DNA of 64,000 bases from Bacilli bacterium (lineage in GTDB: Bacteria; Bacillota_I; Bacilli_A; RF39; UBA660): assembly GCA_017525035.1 (NCBI GenBank), contig JAFXTH010000023.1:39975-103974 (forward strand), given 5' to 3'. The translations under genes were made by a program, and so were the position numbers. Position 1 is the stretch's first letter. Every line of letters starts with the position of its first letter. The notes beneath the pieces were generated by a model that saw nothing but the letters and a program-made list of their open reading frames with translations, searched no databases and was not told where the DNA came from. This document shows, in pieces, positions 10,068 to 19,509 of the stretch.

Positions 10068-10931
10068 TTATTCTCCATAAAATACCTTTACAGGTTTTAC
10101 TTTAGTATTATCTTTTGAATATACTTCATAAATTGCAATTATCTCATTGTTTTTATTTCTGTATGCAATTGGTGACCCATCATATAGGTTTCTTAATATT
10201 GCTCCATGATTTATTTTATTTTCTATATAGTCATCTACATCTACAATTAACATATCTTTTAAAGCTTTCTCAAGTGGTATTAGTTTAATTCTTTCATTTT
10301 TTAAATCATCAACGCTTATTGCATCATCCAAAGAGAAATCTCCTTGTCTAGTTCTTCTTAACTCTTTCATAGTACAGCAAACATTCAATTCTTCACCAAT
10401 ATCTCTAATCAAACTTCTTATGTATGTACCTTTGCTAACTGTTGTTTTAAAAATAAATTCATCTTTGTTAAATTCAATTAGTTCTATATCAAATATTTCT
10501 ACTTCTCTTTTTGGTAGTTCTACTTCTTTATTCTTTCTTGCATATTTATATAAACGTTCTCCACTTACTTTAACTGATGAGTAAAGAGGCACTACTTGAT
10601 TATATTTACCATGAAAGCTATTTAATGCTTCTATAAGTCTTTCTTTAGTTATATTGAAGTTTTTATTTTCTTCTAATATATTTCCAGTAATATCAAGTGT
10701 ATCAGTGAGTATTCCCATCTTTACTGTTGCAATGTATTCTTTTGTTGAATCATTTAAATATTCAAGCACTTTAACTCCAGTTCCAACTGCAAGAATAAGA
10801 ACACCTGTAGCCATTGGATCAAGAGTTCCTGCATGACCTACTTTTCTTGTATCAAAGATTTTTTCTGTAATATTTACTAAATCTCTACTAGTAAAATCTT
10901 TTTCTTTGTCGATAACTATTAATCCGTTCAT
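10068..10931 (-). CDS. truB: tRNA pseudouridine(55) synthase
   Basis: KVGHAGTLDPMATGVL, SKGTYIRSL; start reassigned to ATG 10931. Confidence 0.97.
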   Translation of the reverse strand: MNGLIVIDKEKDFTSRDLVNITEKIFDTRKVGHAGTLDPMATGVLILAVGTGVKVLEYLNDSTKEYIATVKMGILTDTLDITGNILEENKNFNITKERLIEALNSFHGKYNQVVPLYSSVKVSGERLYKYARKNKEVELPKREVEIFDIELIEFNKDEFIFKTTVSKGTYIRSLIRDIGEELNVCCTMKELRRTRQGDFSLDDAISVDDLKNERIKLIPLEKALKDMLIVDVDDYIENKINHGAILRNLYDGSPIAYRNKNNEIIAIYEVYSKDNTKVKPVKVFYGE

Positions 10932-10973
10932 AAACTCACCCACATAAATATAATAACATAACATCCCAATTTG

Positions 10974-11002
10974 TTGACTTTTTTATTTTATAGTGTTAAC
11001 CT
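10974..11002 (+). promoter_or_regulatory. Putative sigma-A promoter of the orphan gene
   Basis: TTGACT-17 nt-TAACCT with extended TGn. Confidence 0.5.
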
Positions 11003-11030
11003 AGAAGTACTCTTGGGGGGAATAAATATT

Positions 11031-11567
11031 ATGGACACAAACACAAAAGAAAAAGAAACAAGTATAGTAGAACCAGAATTAAGTAAAAAGTTAAGAGCAT
11101 TCATTTTATCAATGGATGATACATATGGTGATGGTACAACAATTGGACTTGCAAAAACACATTCAGACGGATTATATGATGCATTAAATCGTTATTCGCA
11201 CGATGCGTTTGTTCAATATAGTGAAGAAGATATTCTTGCGGAATTAATTATGGACGAATTATTATGTGATCCTAGCGAAAATGATTATGTAGATGTAACT
11301 AGAAGACTTGCTAGTTTAAAAACTTCAGCAGAAAGAATATTTAAAGAAGTTCGTCAAGATAAGCATTACAAAGAAGCATTAATACATTCATTTATTAAAC
11401 GTGCTGGTATCCCATTTTCTAAGAAAACTGCTAATATTTCCCGTGCTGTTGTTGATATGGTTCAAAAAGTTAGTAGTTATCAGTTAGCAAAGCAAGAAAG
11501 CAGCAGAGGAAAAGTTTCCAAAGGTGGAAAAAAGAAAAAGTTACCATTTAAAAAGCTAAGACAATAG
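11031..11567 (+). CDS. Hypothetical protein with a strongly basic C-terminal tail
   Basis: ATG 11031 after a GGGGGG run; normal coding composition; occupies an otherwise empty gap and converges on mutM. Confidence 0.75.
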   Translation: MDTNTKEKETSIVEPELSKKLRAFILSMDDTYGDGTTIGLAKTHSDGLYDALNRYSHDAFVQYSEEDILAELIMDELLCDPSENDYVDVTRRLASLKTSAERIFKEVRQDKHYKEALIHSFIKRAGIPFSKKTANISRAVVDMVQKVSSYQLAKQESSRGKVSKGGKKKKLPFKKLRQ

Positions 11568-11569
11568 TC

Positions 11570-12394
11570 TTAGTTTTTTTGACATTTAGGACAGTAGTAA
11601 GTACCCCTTCCTCCTACTTTTATTTTAATTATTTTGCTCTTACATATACGGCATTCTTCATTTTGTCTTTGATGAACAAATAGATTGTTTTGAAACATTC
11701 CGGTTACTCCTTCTTCCGAAGTATAACTTCTAATTGTTGTTCCACCTTCTTCTATTGCCTTATCTAATACTTTAACAGTATTAGTTATTATATCTTTTCT
11801 ATTCTTATCCGTTAAATCTTTAGCTTTCGTTAGTGGATTAATCTTTGATAAGAAAAGTATTTCATCAGCATATATATTACCAATACCTGTGATAATTGAT
11901 TGATCTAGTAATACACTTTTGATTGGAAGTGTTTTTTTATTATACTTTTCTTTTAGATAATTGCTAGTTAAATCTTTATCCCATGGTTCTAATCCAAGTT
12001 CGGTATATGGCTTCATTGAATATATCTTATCTTTTTCAATAAGCATTACTCTTCCAAACTTTCTTACATCTGCAAAACGAAGTTGCTCATCATTATCTAA
12101 ATTAAAGAATACATGTTCATGTTTATTTTTTTCATCTTTCTTAGTTCTAAAGAAAAACTTACCTTCCATTCTTAAATGGAATAATAAATAGTAATCATCA
12201 AGAGTCATAACAATCCACTTACCTCTTGTTGTTATCTCATGTATTGTTTGATTTTTAATATTCTTTGTAAAATCATCGACAGATGGATAATCTATCATGT
12301 TTTTATGGAATACTTCAACACTTGTGATTGTTCTATTAATCAATTTCTTTTCTAATTTTCTTGCTACTGTTATTACTTCTGGTTTTTCAGGCAT
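11570..12394 (-). CDS. mutM: Formamidopyrimidine-DNA glycosylase
   Basis: MPEKPEV N-terminus, HLRMEG, GIGNIYADE, C-terminal zinc finger CPKCQ. Confidence 0.97.
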   Translation of the reverse strand: MPEKPEVITVARKLEKKLINRTITSVEVFHKNMIDYPSVDDFTKNIKNQTIHEITTRGKWIVMTLDDYYLLFHLRMEGKFFFRTKKDEKNKHEHVFFNLDNDEQLRFADVRKFGRVMLIEKDKIYSMKPYTELGLEPWDKDLTSNYLKEKYNKKTLPIKSVLLDQSIITGIGNIYADEILFLSKINPLTKAKDLTDKNRKDIITNTVKVLDKAIEEGGTTIRSYTSEEGVTGMFQNNLFVHQRQNEECRICKSKIIKIKVGGRGTYYCPKCQKN

Positions 12395-12402
12395 AGTATC
12401 AC

Positions 12403-15024
12403 CTACTTCGCATCATACCAATCTTTACCTTTGTTAATATCTACTACTAAAGGTACAGATAGTTTATATGTATTTTCCATTATATCTCTAACAATATTTT
12501 CAACTACTTCTTCTTCATCTATTAATACATTAAATACAAGTTCATCGTGTACTTGAATAAGCATCTTACTCTTTAAGTTCCTCTTTTCAAATTCCTTGTA
12601 TATTTCTACCATTGCTTTCTTTAAAATATCAGCGCTAGTTCCTTGTATTGGTGTATTAAGAGCCATTCTTTCACCACTTGCTCTAATCATATAATTTTTA
12701 TTATTTAATTCTTCAATAATTCTTTTTCTATTCATTAGTGTCTTAACATAACCATTTTTATGTGCTTCTTCTATTGTTTCTTTCATATATTCACTAATTC
12801 TTGGATATGTTTTTAGATAATTATCAATAAAGTTTTTAGCTTTATATACATCGATATTCAAATCTTCAGAAAGGCCAAAACTACTGATTCCATAAAGAAT
12901 TCCAAAATTAACAGCCTTAGCTTGTCTTCTTTCGTCTTTAGTAACTTTATCTAGTGGTACTCCAAATATATCACTTGCTGTTTTTGCATGTATGTCATTT
13001 CCTTGTTTGAATGCTTCTATTAAGTTTTCTGCATTAGACATTGCAGCAAATACTCTTAGTTCAATTTGTGAATAGTCACTAGAAAGGATTATTGAATCTT
13101 TTTCAGGATAAAAAGCTTTTCTAATTAGTTTTCCATACTCAAGTCTTGCTGGAATGTTTTGTAAATTTGGTTCACTTGATGATAATCTTCCAGTTCTTGT
13201 TAATGTTTGATTAAACTGCGTATGTATTTTTCCGTCCGGTTTAATTTCGCTTATTAATCCTTCAACATAGTTGTTATATAGTTTTGATAAAGTTCTATAG
13301 TCTAATATTTTTTCTATTATTGGGCTATAAGGTGCTACTTTATCAAGTATTTCCTTACTTGTTGAATAATTATTATCTTTTATTTTCTTTGGATAAGGAA
13401 GTTCCATTTTAACAAATAGTATTTCTCCAAGTTGCTTAGGAGACATAATATTAAATTCACTTCCTGCTAAGTCATATATTTCTTTTTCAAGACTAGCTAG
13501 TTTTTCTTTTATTTCTTCACCCATTGTTCTTAAATAATCAGCGCTTACGTTAATTCCAGTATATTCCATATCTGCAAGAACAACTGATAAGGGCATTTCT
13601 ATTTCATTAAATAAATATTCTTCCTCTTCTTCCTTTAACTTATCTAAGTATTCATCTTTAGTATCATAAATATATTTAGCTTTTAGACAAGCATTTTTAG
13701 CAATTGTTTCTAAATCTGGTTCATGAAGTTTAGCAAGAGAACCAAACTCTTCTTCATAAAACATTACATCAATAGCATTATTTTTCATTAAATAACTAAT
13801 ATCATCTTTAATGTTATAGTTTAATAAGTATGCTGCTATCATAAGATCATAATTACAATTATTAATTGCAAGATTATTATATTTAAGTACTACTAAAAGT
13901 TTCTTCAAATCGTAAGTATACTTTTTATAATCGTTTTCAAGAAGTATTTCTGGATTATCTTTTACTATTTCAAAAGGAATATAGTAATTGTTTTCTCCAT
14001 CAGAAATAGATACTCCTAGAGGTTTAGATGAATGATAATTGTATCCTAATAATTCTAAATAAATAGAATAATCTTTATTTAATTTAACTTCATCTATATT
14101 ATTTACTATTTTGTAATCTATTTTTTCTTCTATTTTAATATTTTCTCTTTGATCTTCTTTTTTAATATTCATTTTCTTAATTAAAGAATAGAATTCATAG
14201 TCTTCTAATAATTCAATATATTTTAAAGTATCATATCCTTTATATCTTATCTTTTCAAGGTCAGTATCTATAGGTACTTCAGTATATATTGTTGCAAGGT
14301 CATAGCTTTGATATGCAGATTCTTTTCCTTCAATTAATTTATCTTTTAATTTTCCCTTTATGTTATCAATGTTTTCATAAATATTATCAAGTGTTTTGTA
14401 TTCTTGTAATAATTGAAGTGCTGTCTTTTCACCTACTCCTTTAACACCTGGAATATTATCTGATGGATCACCCATTAATGCTTTTAAATCAACCATTCTT
14501 GGTGGTTCTATTCCATATGTGTTAATAAACTCTTGGTGTGTCATTCTTATATTACCAACTTGTTTTAATAGTTTTACTTCTACTTCATCAGTAATAAGTT
14601 GTAATAAATCTTTGTCACTACTTATTATTACAGCATCGAAGTCTTTATTGTTATTACATTTTTTAGCAAACGTTCCAATAATATCGTCTGCTTCATAGTT
14701 ATCTATTTCAAAGTAATTAATACCCATTGCCTCAACTAATTTTTTAGCTTCAGGAAACTGCATTTTTAACTCATCAGGTGTAGCCATCCTTCCACCTTTA
14801 TAGTCAGCATACTTCTCATGTCTAAATGTTTTACCTTTATCAAATGCACACATTATATATGTTGGTTTTTCTTCTTCTATAATTTTATTCATCATGTTAA
14901 CTAAACCATATAAAGCATTTGTTGGAAAACCTTTAGAGTTTTTCATTGTATTACCATTATATGCAGTTGCATAATAGCTTCTAAATAAAATGTTATTTCC
15001 ATCAATTAATATTACTTTTTCCAT
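12403..15024 (-). CDS. polA: DNA polymerase I
   Basis: LIDGNNILFR, YEADDIIGT, DYSQIELR, KAVNFGILYG, QVHDEL. Confidence 0.98.
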   Translation of the reverse strand: MEKVILIDGNNILFRSYYATAYNGNTMKNSKGFPTNALYGLVNMMNKIIEEEKPTYIMCAFDKGKTFRHEKYADYKGGRMATPDELKMQFPEAKKLVEAMGINYFEIDNYEADDIIGTFAKKCNNNKDFDAVIISSDKDLLQLITDEVEVKLLKQVGNIRMTHQEFINTYGIEPPRMVDLKALMGDPSDNIPGVKGVGEKTALQLLQEYKTLDNIYENIDNIKGKLKDKLIEGKESAYQSYDLATIYTEVPIDTDLEKIRYKGYDTLKYIELLEDYEFYSLIKKMNIKKEDQRENIKIEEKIDYKIVNNIDEVKLNKDYSIYLELLGYNYHSSKPLGVSISDGENNYYIPFEIVKDNPEILLENDYKKYTYDLKKLLVVLKYNNLAINNCNYDLMIAAYLLNYNIKDDISYLMKNNAIDVMFYEEEFGSLAKLHEPDLETIAKNACLKAKYIYDTKDEYLDKLKEEEEEYLFNEIEMPLSVVLADMEYTGINVSADYLRTMGEEIKEKLASLEKEIYDLAGSEFNIMSPKQLGEILFVKMELPYPKKIKDNNYSTSKEILDKVAPYSPIIEKILDYRTLSKLYNNYVEGLISEIKPDGKIHTQFNQTLTRTGRLSSSEPNLQNIPARLEYGKLIRKAFYPEKDSIILSSDYSQIELRVFAAMSNAENLIEAFKQGNDIHAKTASDIFGVPLDKVTKDERRQAKAVNFGILYGISSFGLSEDLNIDVYKAKNFIDNYLKTYPRISEYMKETIEEAHKNGYVKTLMNRKRIIEELNNKNYMIRASGERMALNTPIQGTSADILKKAMVEIYKEFEKRNLKSKMLIQVHDELVFNVLIDEEEVVENIVRDIMENTYKLSVPLVVDINKGKDWYDAK

Positions 15025-15075
15025 AAATAATCACCTATTAATATTATAGCAAAAAAAGAAAGTAATAAACAATTA

Positions 15076-16023
15076 TTACTTTCTTCTAAACATAGATAAT
15101 CCTAATCTTCTAGGTTTTACATATTCAATTAATTCATTTTCCATTTTAATGTTAACCATTCTTTCGTCAATATTATATACATTAAAATCTTTATCTTCAA
15201 AATATGTTCTATAAAATCCATCAAAAATAAAGTTATATGTTAAAGCAGATCCATTCTCTTTTAATGGTAGCGTTCTTAAAAATGCTTTATACATTTTTGC
15301 TCTATCAAAGGCACCATTTCCTGAATATGGGATGCAGCTAAGCATATTAGTCATTATGGCTAAATCAAATTTATCAAAGCCTCTCATATCTATATTGAAT
15401 ATATCGCCATCAATTAATTCAATTGAAGCTCTTTCTAATCTTCTTCCTGCTAGCATGTAGTTATTTCCTTGCAAGTATGGATTGTTTCTTACTGCTCTTT
15501 CAGGTGAAATGTTAAATGTTCCAAACAAATTTGAATAATATAAATGTTTTCTTGAATAATTTGAAAATATATGATCCCAAAATTTTTGAGATTTACTATC
15601 AAGATTATCTCTTAATTTATCATAATATTTTTTATTAAATGGAAGTATCATATTTGGTCCATCAGTTATGCTTCCTATTATAAATTCAATGAATTCTTCC
15701 CTTGTTAAACTTTTAATTGCTGCAAATTTAAGACGTGCATAATATTTTGCAAATCTACAAATATCTATACCTTTAACATATTCTGCTCCTTGCAATACCG
15801 CATTAATTATATGATCTGCTGATCCTGTTATTGCAAGAACTTTCTTTTTCCCTTTTAATTTATCATAGTAAATTTGATTACTTATTGTTTCATTCGTTGT
15901 TCTATATATCATAGAATGTCCATTATATGTCCCTTGAGAAACTCCTAATTTACCATTTAGAACATCATCTACTAGTTTTATATCACTACTTAGCTTTAAC
16001 TCTTTAACGTCCATTCGTTCCAT
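15076..16023 (-). CDS. DUF3419/BtaA-like SAM-dependent transferase (paralog 2)
   Basis: YRTTNE, VLAITGSADHIINAVLQGA, GIDI, LKFAAIKSL; start reassigned to ATG 16023 (GTGGGG RBS). Family assigned from recalled motifs. Confidence 0.65.
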   Translation of the reverse strand: MERMDVKELKLSSDIKLVDDVLNGKLGVSQGTYNGHSMIYRTTNETISNQIYYDKLKGKKKVLAITGSADHIINAVLQGAEYVKGIDICRFAKYYARLKFAAIKSLTREEFIEFIIGSITDGPNMILPFNKKYYDKLRDNLDSKSQKFWDHIFSNYSRKHLYYSNLFGTFNISPERAVRNNPYLQGNNYMLAGRRLERASIELIDGDIFNIDMRGFDKFDLAIMTNMLSCIPYSGNGAFDRAKMYKAFLRTLPLKENGSALTYNFIFDGFYRTYFEDKDFNVYNIDERMVNIKMENELIEYVKPRRLGLSMFRRK

Positions 16024-16921
16024 TTTTTCCCCACTTCTTTTTATAAACATATAGCCAGTCTGGTTCATTTCTTTCTTTAAGTAGTGGATCATCTAGATCA
16101 ACTGGTCTAAAGTTATCACCCAAGATTTCAAACATTCCATTTCCTTCAAGTGCAGTATAATATTCAATATTATAGTTTAATACTACACCATCACTTGTAA
16201 GTGGCATAGATTCAATAATATGTTTAAATTGTAAGTAATCACCTTTATTAAAAAGTACATGGTTCATAACATTAGATAAATTAACTAAATTAAATTTTTT
16301 CATACCCCTAGTATCAAGGTTCATAAGATTTGCTACGTGAAGTCTTAGTGTGATATCACCTATTTTTTCTTTTAATATCTCATATTGTCCTTCATGGACG
16401 TATATATTCTTATATAAAACTTCACCAATACGTTCTGAATATTTATCACGCTTAATAAGTGGTGAACATAATATTTGCTTATTACTAAACTGTCCAAATA
16501 TAGTACTCCAAAATTTTTGTGCATCAGAGTCCATAAATGGATGAATTTTATTATATACATCTCTATTGAATAACTCTACTTCTTCTCCACCATAGAAGAA
16601 ATGTAAAAATTCATCTCTTCCTAAAGCTTTAATAGCAGCTATTTTTAGTTTCAAATAGTATTGTGGAAATCTGCTTATATCAAATCCTTCAATATCCTTA
16701 CTTCCCAATAATATTGCATTAAGTATTTGATCACCCGATGCAATTATTGATAATATTCTTTCTCTTCCTGTTATTAAGTCTTTATATCCTTTAGCGGAAA
16801 TCACTTCGTTTGTTCCGCGATATATTCCAGAAACAGAAGAAAATCCAAAGCCGTCTTCTCTTTTACCTGTTGTGATTATTTTTTGTGCTGTTTCTATATC
16901 TTCTTGTAATTCGGTACTCAC
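16004..16921 (-). CDS. DUF3419/BtaA-like SAM-dependent transferase (paralog 1)
   Basis: YRGTNE, ILSIIASGDQILNAILLGS, GFDISRF, LKIAAIKAL, NLSNV; likely GTG start at 16921 after a G-run. Confidence 0.65.
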   Translation of the reverse strand: MSTELQEDIETAQKIITTGKREDGFGFSSVSGIYRGTNEVISAKGYKDLITGRERILSIIASGDQILNAILLGSKDIEGFDISRFPQYYLKLKIAAIKALGRDEFLHFFYGGEEVELFNRDVYNKIHPFMDSDAQKFWSTIFGQFSNKQILCSPLIKRDKYSERIGEVLYKNIYVHEGQYEILKEKIGDITLRLHVANLMNLDTRGMKKFNLVNLSNVMNHVLFNKGDYLQFKHIIESMPLTSDGVVLNYNIEYYTALEGNGMFEILGDNFRPVDLDDPLLKERNEPDWLYVYKKKWGKNGTNGR

Positions 16922-16980
16922 ACTGATCCCCCCCACGAGCGTGTATTATATCAAAAAAAAGTGCAAAAGAAAAGAATAAA

Positions 16981-17244
16981 TTAATTATTCTCTTTATTTA
17001 ATGCTTCTTTTATTTTTAGATAATCATCAGTTTTCATTCCTTCATGAATAACTTCTTCTATTTGATTATGTTTGAATGCTATTAAAGTTTTCATATCTAT
17101 TAAACCGGCTGGATAGATGCAAGCTACATAATCATTTGCTTTTATCTTATCTTGTTTTATTAATTTGCAATATCCAATAATAAGTAATTCAATTTTCCCT
17201 TCTTTTAATTTAACTATACTTCCAATTGGTAAATAATCTATCAT
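16981..17244 (-). CDS. DUF4176 family protein
   Basis: LPIGSIVKLK, DYVACIYPAG, FKHNQIEEVIHEG pattern typical of DUF4176. Confidence 0.85.
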   Translation of the reverse strand: MIDYLPIGSIVKLKEGKIELLIIGYCKLIKQDKIKANDYVACIYPAGLIDMKTLIAFKHNQIEEVIHEGMKTDDYLKIKEALNKENN

Positions 17245-17256
17245 AAAACACCTCTT

Positions 17257-19452
17257 TTATTTTGCTATATCAAATATATAATCAGATAAACATTCCCATC
17301 CATATGAATCAAATACTTCTTTTAATGATTCATTAGCAGGAACATTTTCTACGTTATGCCCATCAACAATCGTTAAGACATTTCCATGCTCATCAAAAGA
17401 TACGTCTTTATTCATATCAACTGAATATGGCATATGTACTCCTGTGAAAGGTACTTCTAAATATTGAATATCTCTAATCATATTAGTATCAAATCCTATA
17501 TCAACACCTAATAATTTATAAAATGATATTGTTGGATTATATCTATTAAATGTATCTACAAGAGTTGTACATGCATTATTAAATTCACTCGAATTAAGAG
17601 GTACATCTCTCAATGTTATTAAAGCATCTCTTCCAAGTCCAAATATCGGGTTTCCACCAGTGATTCTATCATATGCTTCAATTACTGTATTAAACATTTT
17701 AGTTTTAGTACTGTTAGATATTGAATTAATTGATGAGTTTGATGAAGCTGCTATTTCTTTACATTCTCTAATAGTCTCTTGATAATTTGCATATATTGGT
17801 ATTGTTTTGCTTTTAAAACTATCAAAATTATAAAGGTTAGATACTACATCACCTTCAGTAGAATATGATTTTAATAAACCTCTATCAAATGCACTATTAA
17901 AGACAGTATTAACATCTTCGTAAAAGAAATCATTATCAATATGATATGAGTTAAATAATACTAAGTCACCTTGATTACTGTTATTTTCGTTATATGTGCA
18001 AAGATAACTGTATTCTGCCAAATTACCACCTAAGGATGTTCCACCAATATTTACTTTAGCACCAGAGTTAAGATACTTATTTACTGTATCAAGGGCTTGA
18101 TCTTGTTGACTTAAGAATATTCCTGCAACTGCATTTGATGGTCTTAATGGATCAATATAACCTAATATAGTATTATCTTCTACACTTCTCATCATTGGGT
18201 AAGCATCAAAGATTAAGTCTTCTACTTCCGAAATATTAGTACAAGGAAAGTAAACCAATATTTCTTTATTCTTATCTTCAACAACTACTACATCGTATCC
18301 ATTAGCCCCTTTAGTAAGTTCTTTTATCTTTAAATCACCAAATCCATAACTAACAAGCTTACCTAATAACAGATTTCTGTAATTAGGGTTATCAGTATAA
18401 ATAGACATATCGATAATTGTATTAGGATCAAAAATAAACTGTGAATACTCGCTTATTGTAAATCCATTAGTTCCACTTAAACTTTCTAAGAATAATTCAT
18501 TAATTGTCTTATCAGTTAATACTGAACCATCTGAATATAAGTATTCTAAGAAGCTTAGATTAGCAAGCGCAATATTCTGAAAATCAGAATAATCTTTGAA
18601 ACATCCACTGTTACTTACTTGTCCATCTATAGCAGCAATATTCATTAAATTATTTAATATCATATTACTCACAATATCACTAGCGCCATTTTTCATAGCA
18701 TACTGAACGAATGCAGCACCATCTACTTCTAATATACTTTTAGCATTATTAAAGTACACTGAATAATTAGCATAGTTATTCTTTATAAAGTCTAATAATT
18801 CTTCAGTAGCATCCCCATATTTACCAAATTTTTGTTGATTTGCTACCAATTGTATATATAGATCTTTATATGTTATAATTTTGATTTTGTTAATTGATCC
18901 TACAACGCTGAAATCAATCGTATTTGTCTTACTATCGTATGCTGAAAAATATAACTTAACATTAGTAACGCTTAAGTTTGCTTGACCTTCAAGTAACAAA
19001 ACAGTCTTCATGAAAGTCGCATCATTCTTCTCCCAATCCTCGAACTCTTTTGTCCTTTGTGTTTTATATAATGTTTCTCCATCTTGTTCATAAGCCACTT
19101 TTTCTGTTTCAATAGAAGGTCTATTAGCAAGATGTTCTTCGTAATCTTTATAACAATCAACATATTCAGTAGCACTCTCTACCATTGTAATTATATGACT
19201 GCTTGCTCCAATGATAAATTCACTAAGTTGTTGTGATTTTTCAATTGATTTTTTTATATTCTCAAAACTTTCACTTATTTGGTCTTTCACTTTATCTTGC
19301 CATGATGATTCATAATAATCATTAGCAGAATCAATTCCACTAAGGATTGTTAAAGCATCTTTTATGGAAGAACCAAAACTAACTAAAGATGATGAGCTAT
19401 TATGTAACTGATCATAAATATCAAATAATTCTTGAACTTTAGGAATTATCAT
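17257..19452 (-). CDS. Putative secreted lipase-like effector with helical WXG100-like N-terminus
   Basis: N-terminal helical region with SSWQDK; GTSLGG (GxSxG) at ~18025-18042, EGDVVS (candidate Asp) and GVHMP (candidate His); directly upstream of DUF4176. Confidence 0.55.
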   Translation of the reverse strand: MIIPKVQELFDIYDQLHNSSSSLVSFGSSIKDALTILSGIDSANDYYESSWQDKVKDQISESFENIKKSIEKSQQLSEFIIGASSHIITMVESATEYVDCYKDYEEHLANRPSIETEKVAYEQDGETLYKTQRTKEFEDWEKNDATFMKTVLLLEGQANLSVTNVKLYFSAYDSKTNTIDFSVVGSINKIKIITYKDLYIQLVANQQKFGKYGDATEELLDFIKNNYANYSVYFNNAKSILEVDGAAFVQYAMKNGASDIVSNMILNNLMNIAAIDGQVSNSGCFKDYSDFQNIALANLSFLEYLYSDGSVLTDKTINELFLESLSGTNGFTISEYSQFIFDPNTIIDMSIYTDNPNYRNLLLGKLVSYGFGDLKIKELTKGANGYDVVVVEDKNKEILVYFPCTNISEVEDLIFDAYPMMRSVEDNTILGYIDPLRPSNAVAGIFLSQQDQALDTVNKYLNSGAKVNIGGTSLGGNLAEYSYLCTYNENNSNQGDLVLFNSYHIDNDFFYEDVNTVFNSAFDRGLLKSYSTEGDVVSNLYNFDSFKSKTIPIYANYQETIRECKEIAASSNSSINSISNSTKTKMFNTVIEAYDRITGGNPIFGLGRDALITLRDVPLNSSEFNNACTTLVDTFNRYNPTISFYKLLGVDIGFDTNMIRDIQYLEVPFTGVHMPYSVDMNKDVSFDEHGNVLTIVDGHNVENVPANESLKEVFDSYGWECLSDYIFDIAK

Positions 19453-19509
19453 TTAGCTCACCTCTCTTACAATAATAATATTATACAATAAAAAAGAATA
19501 ATTTGATAA

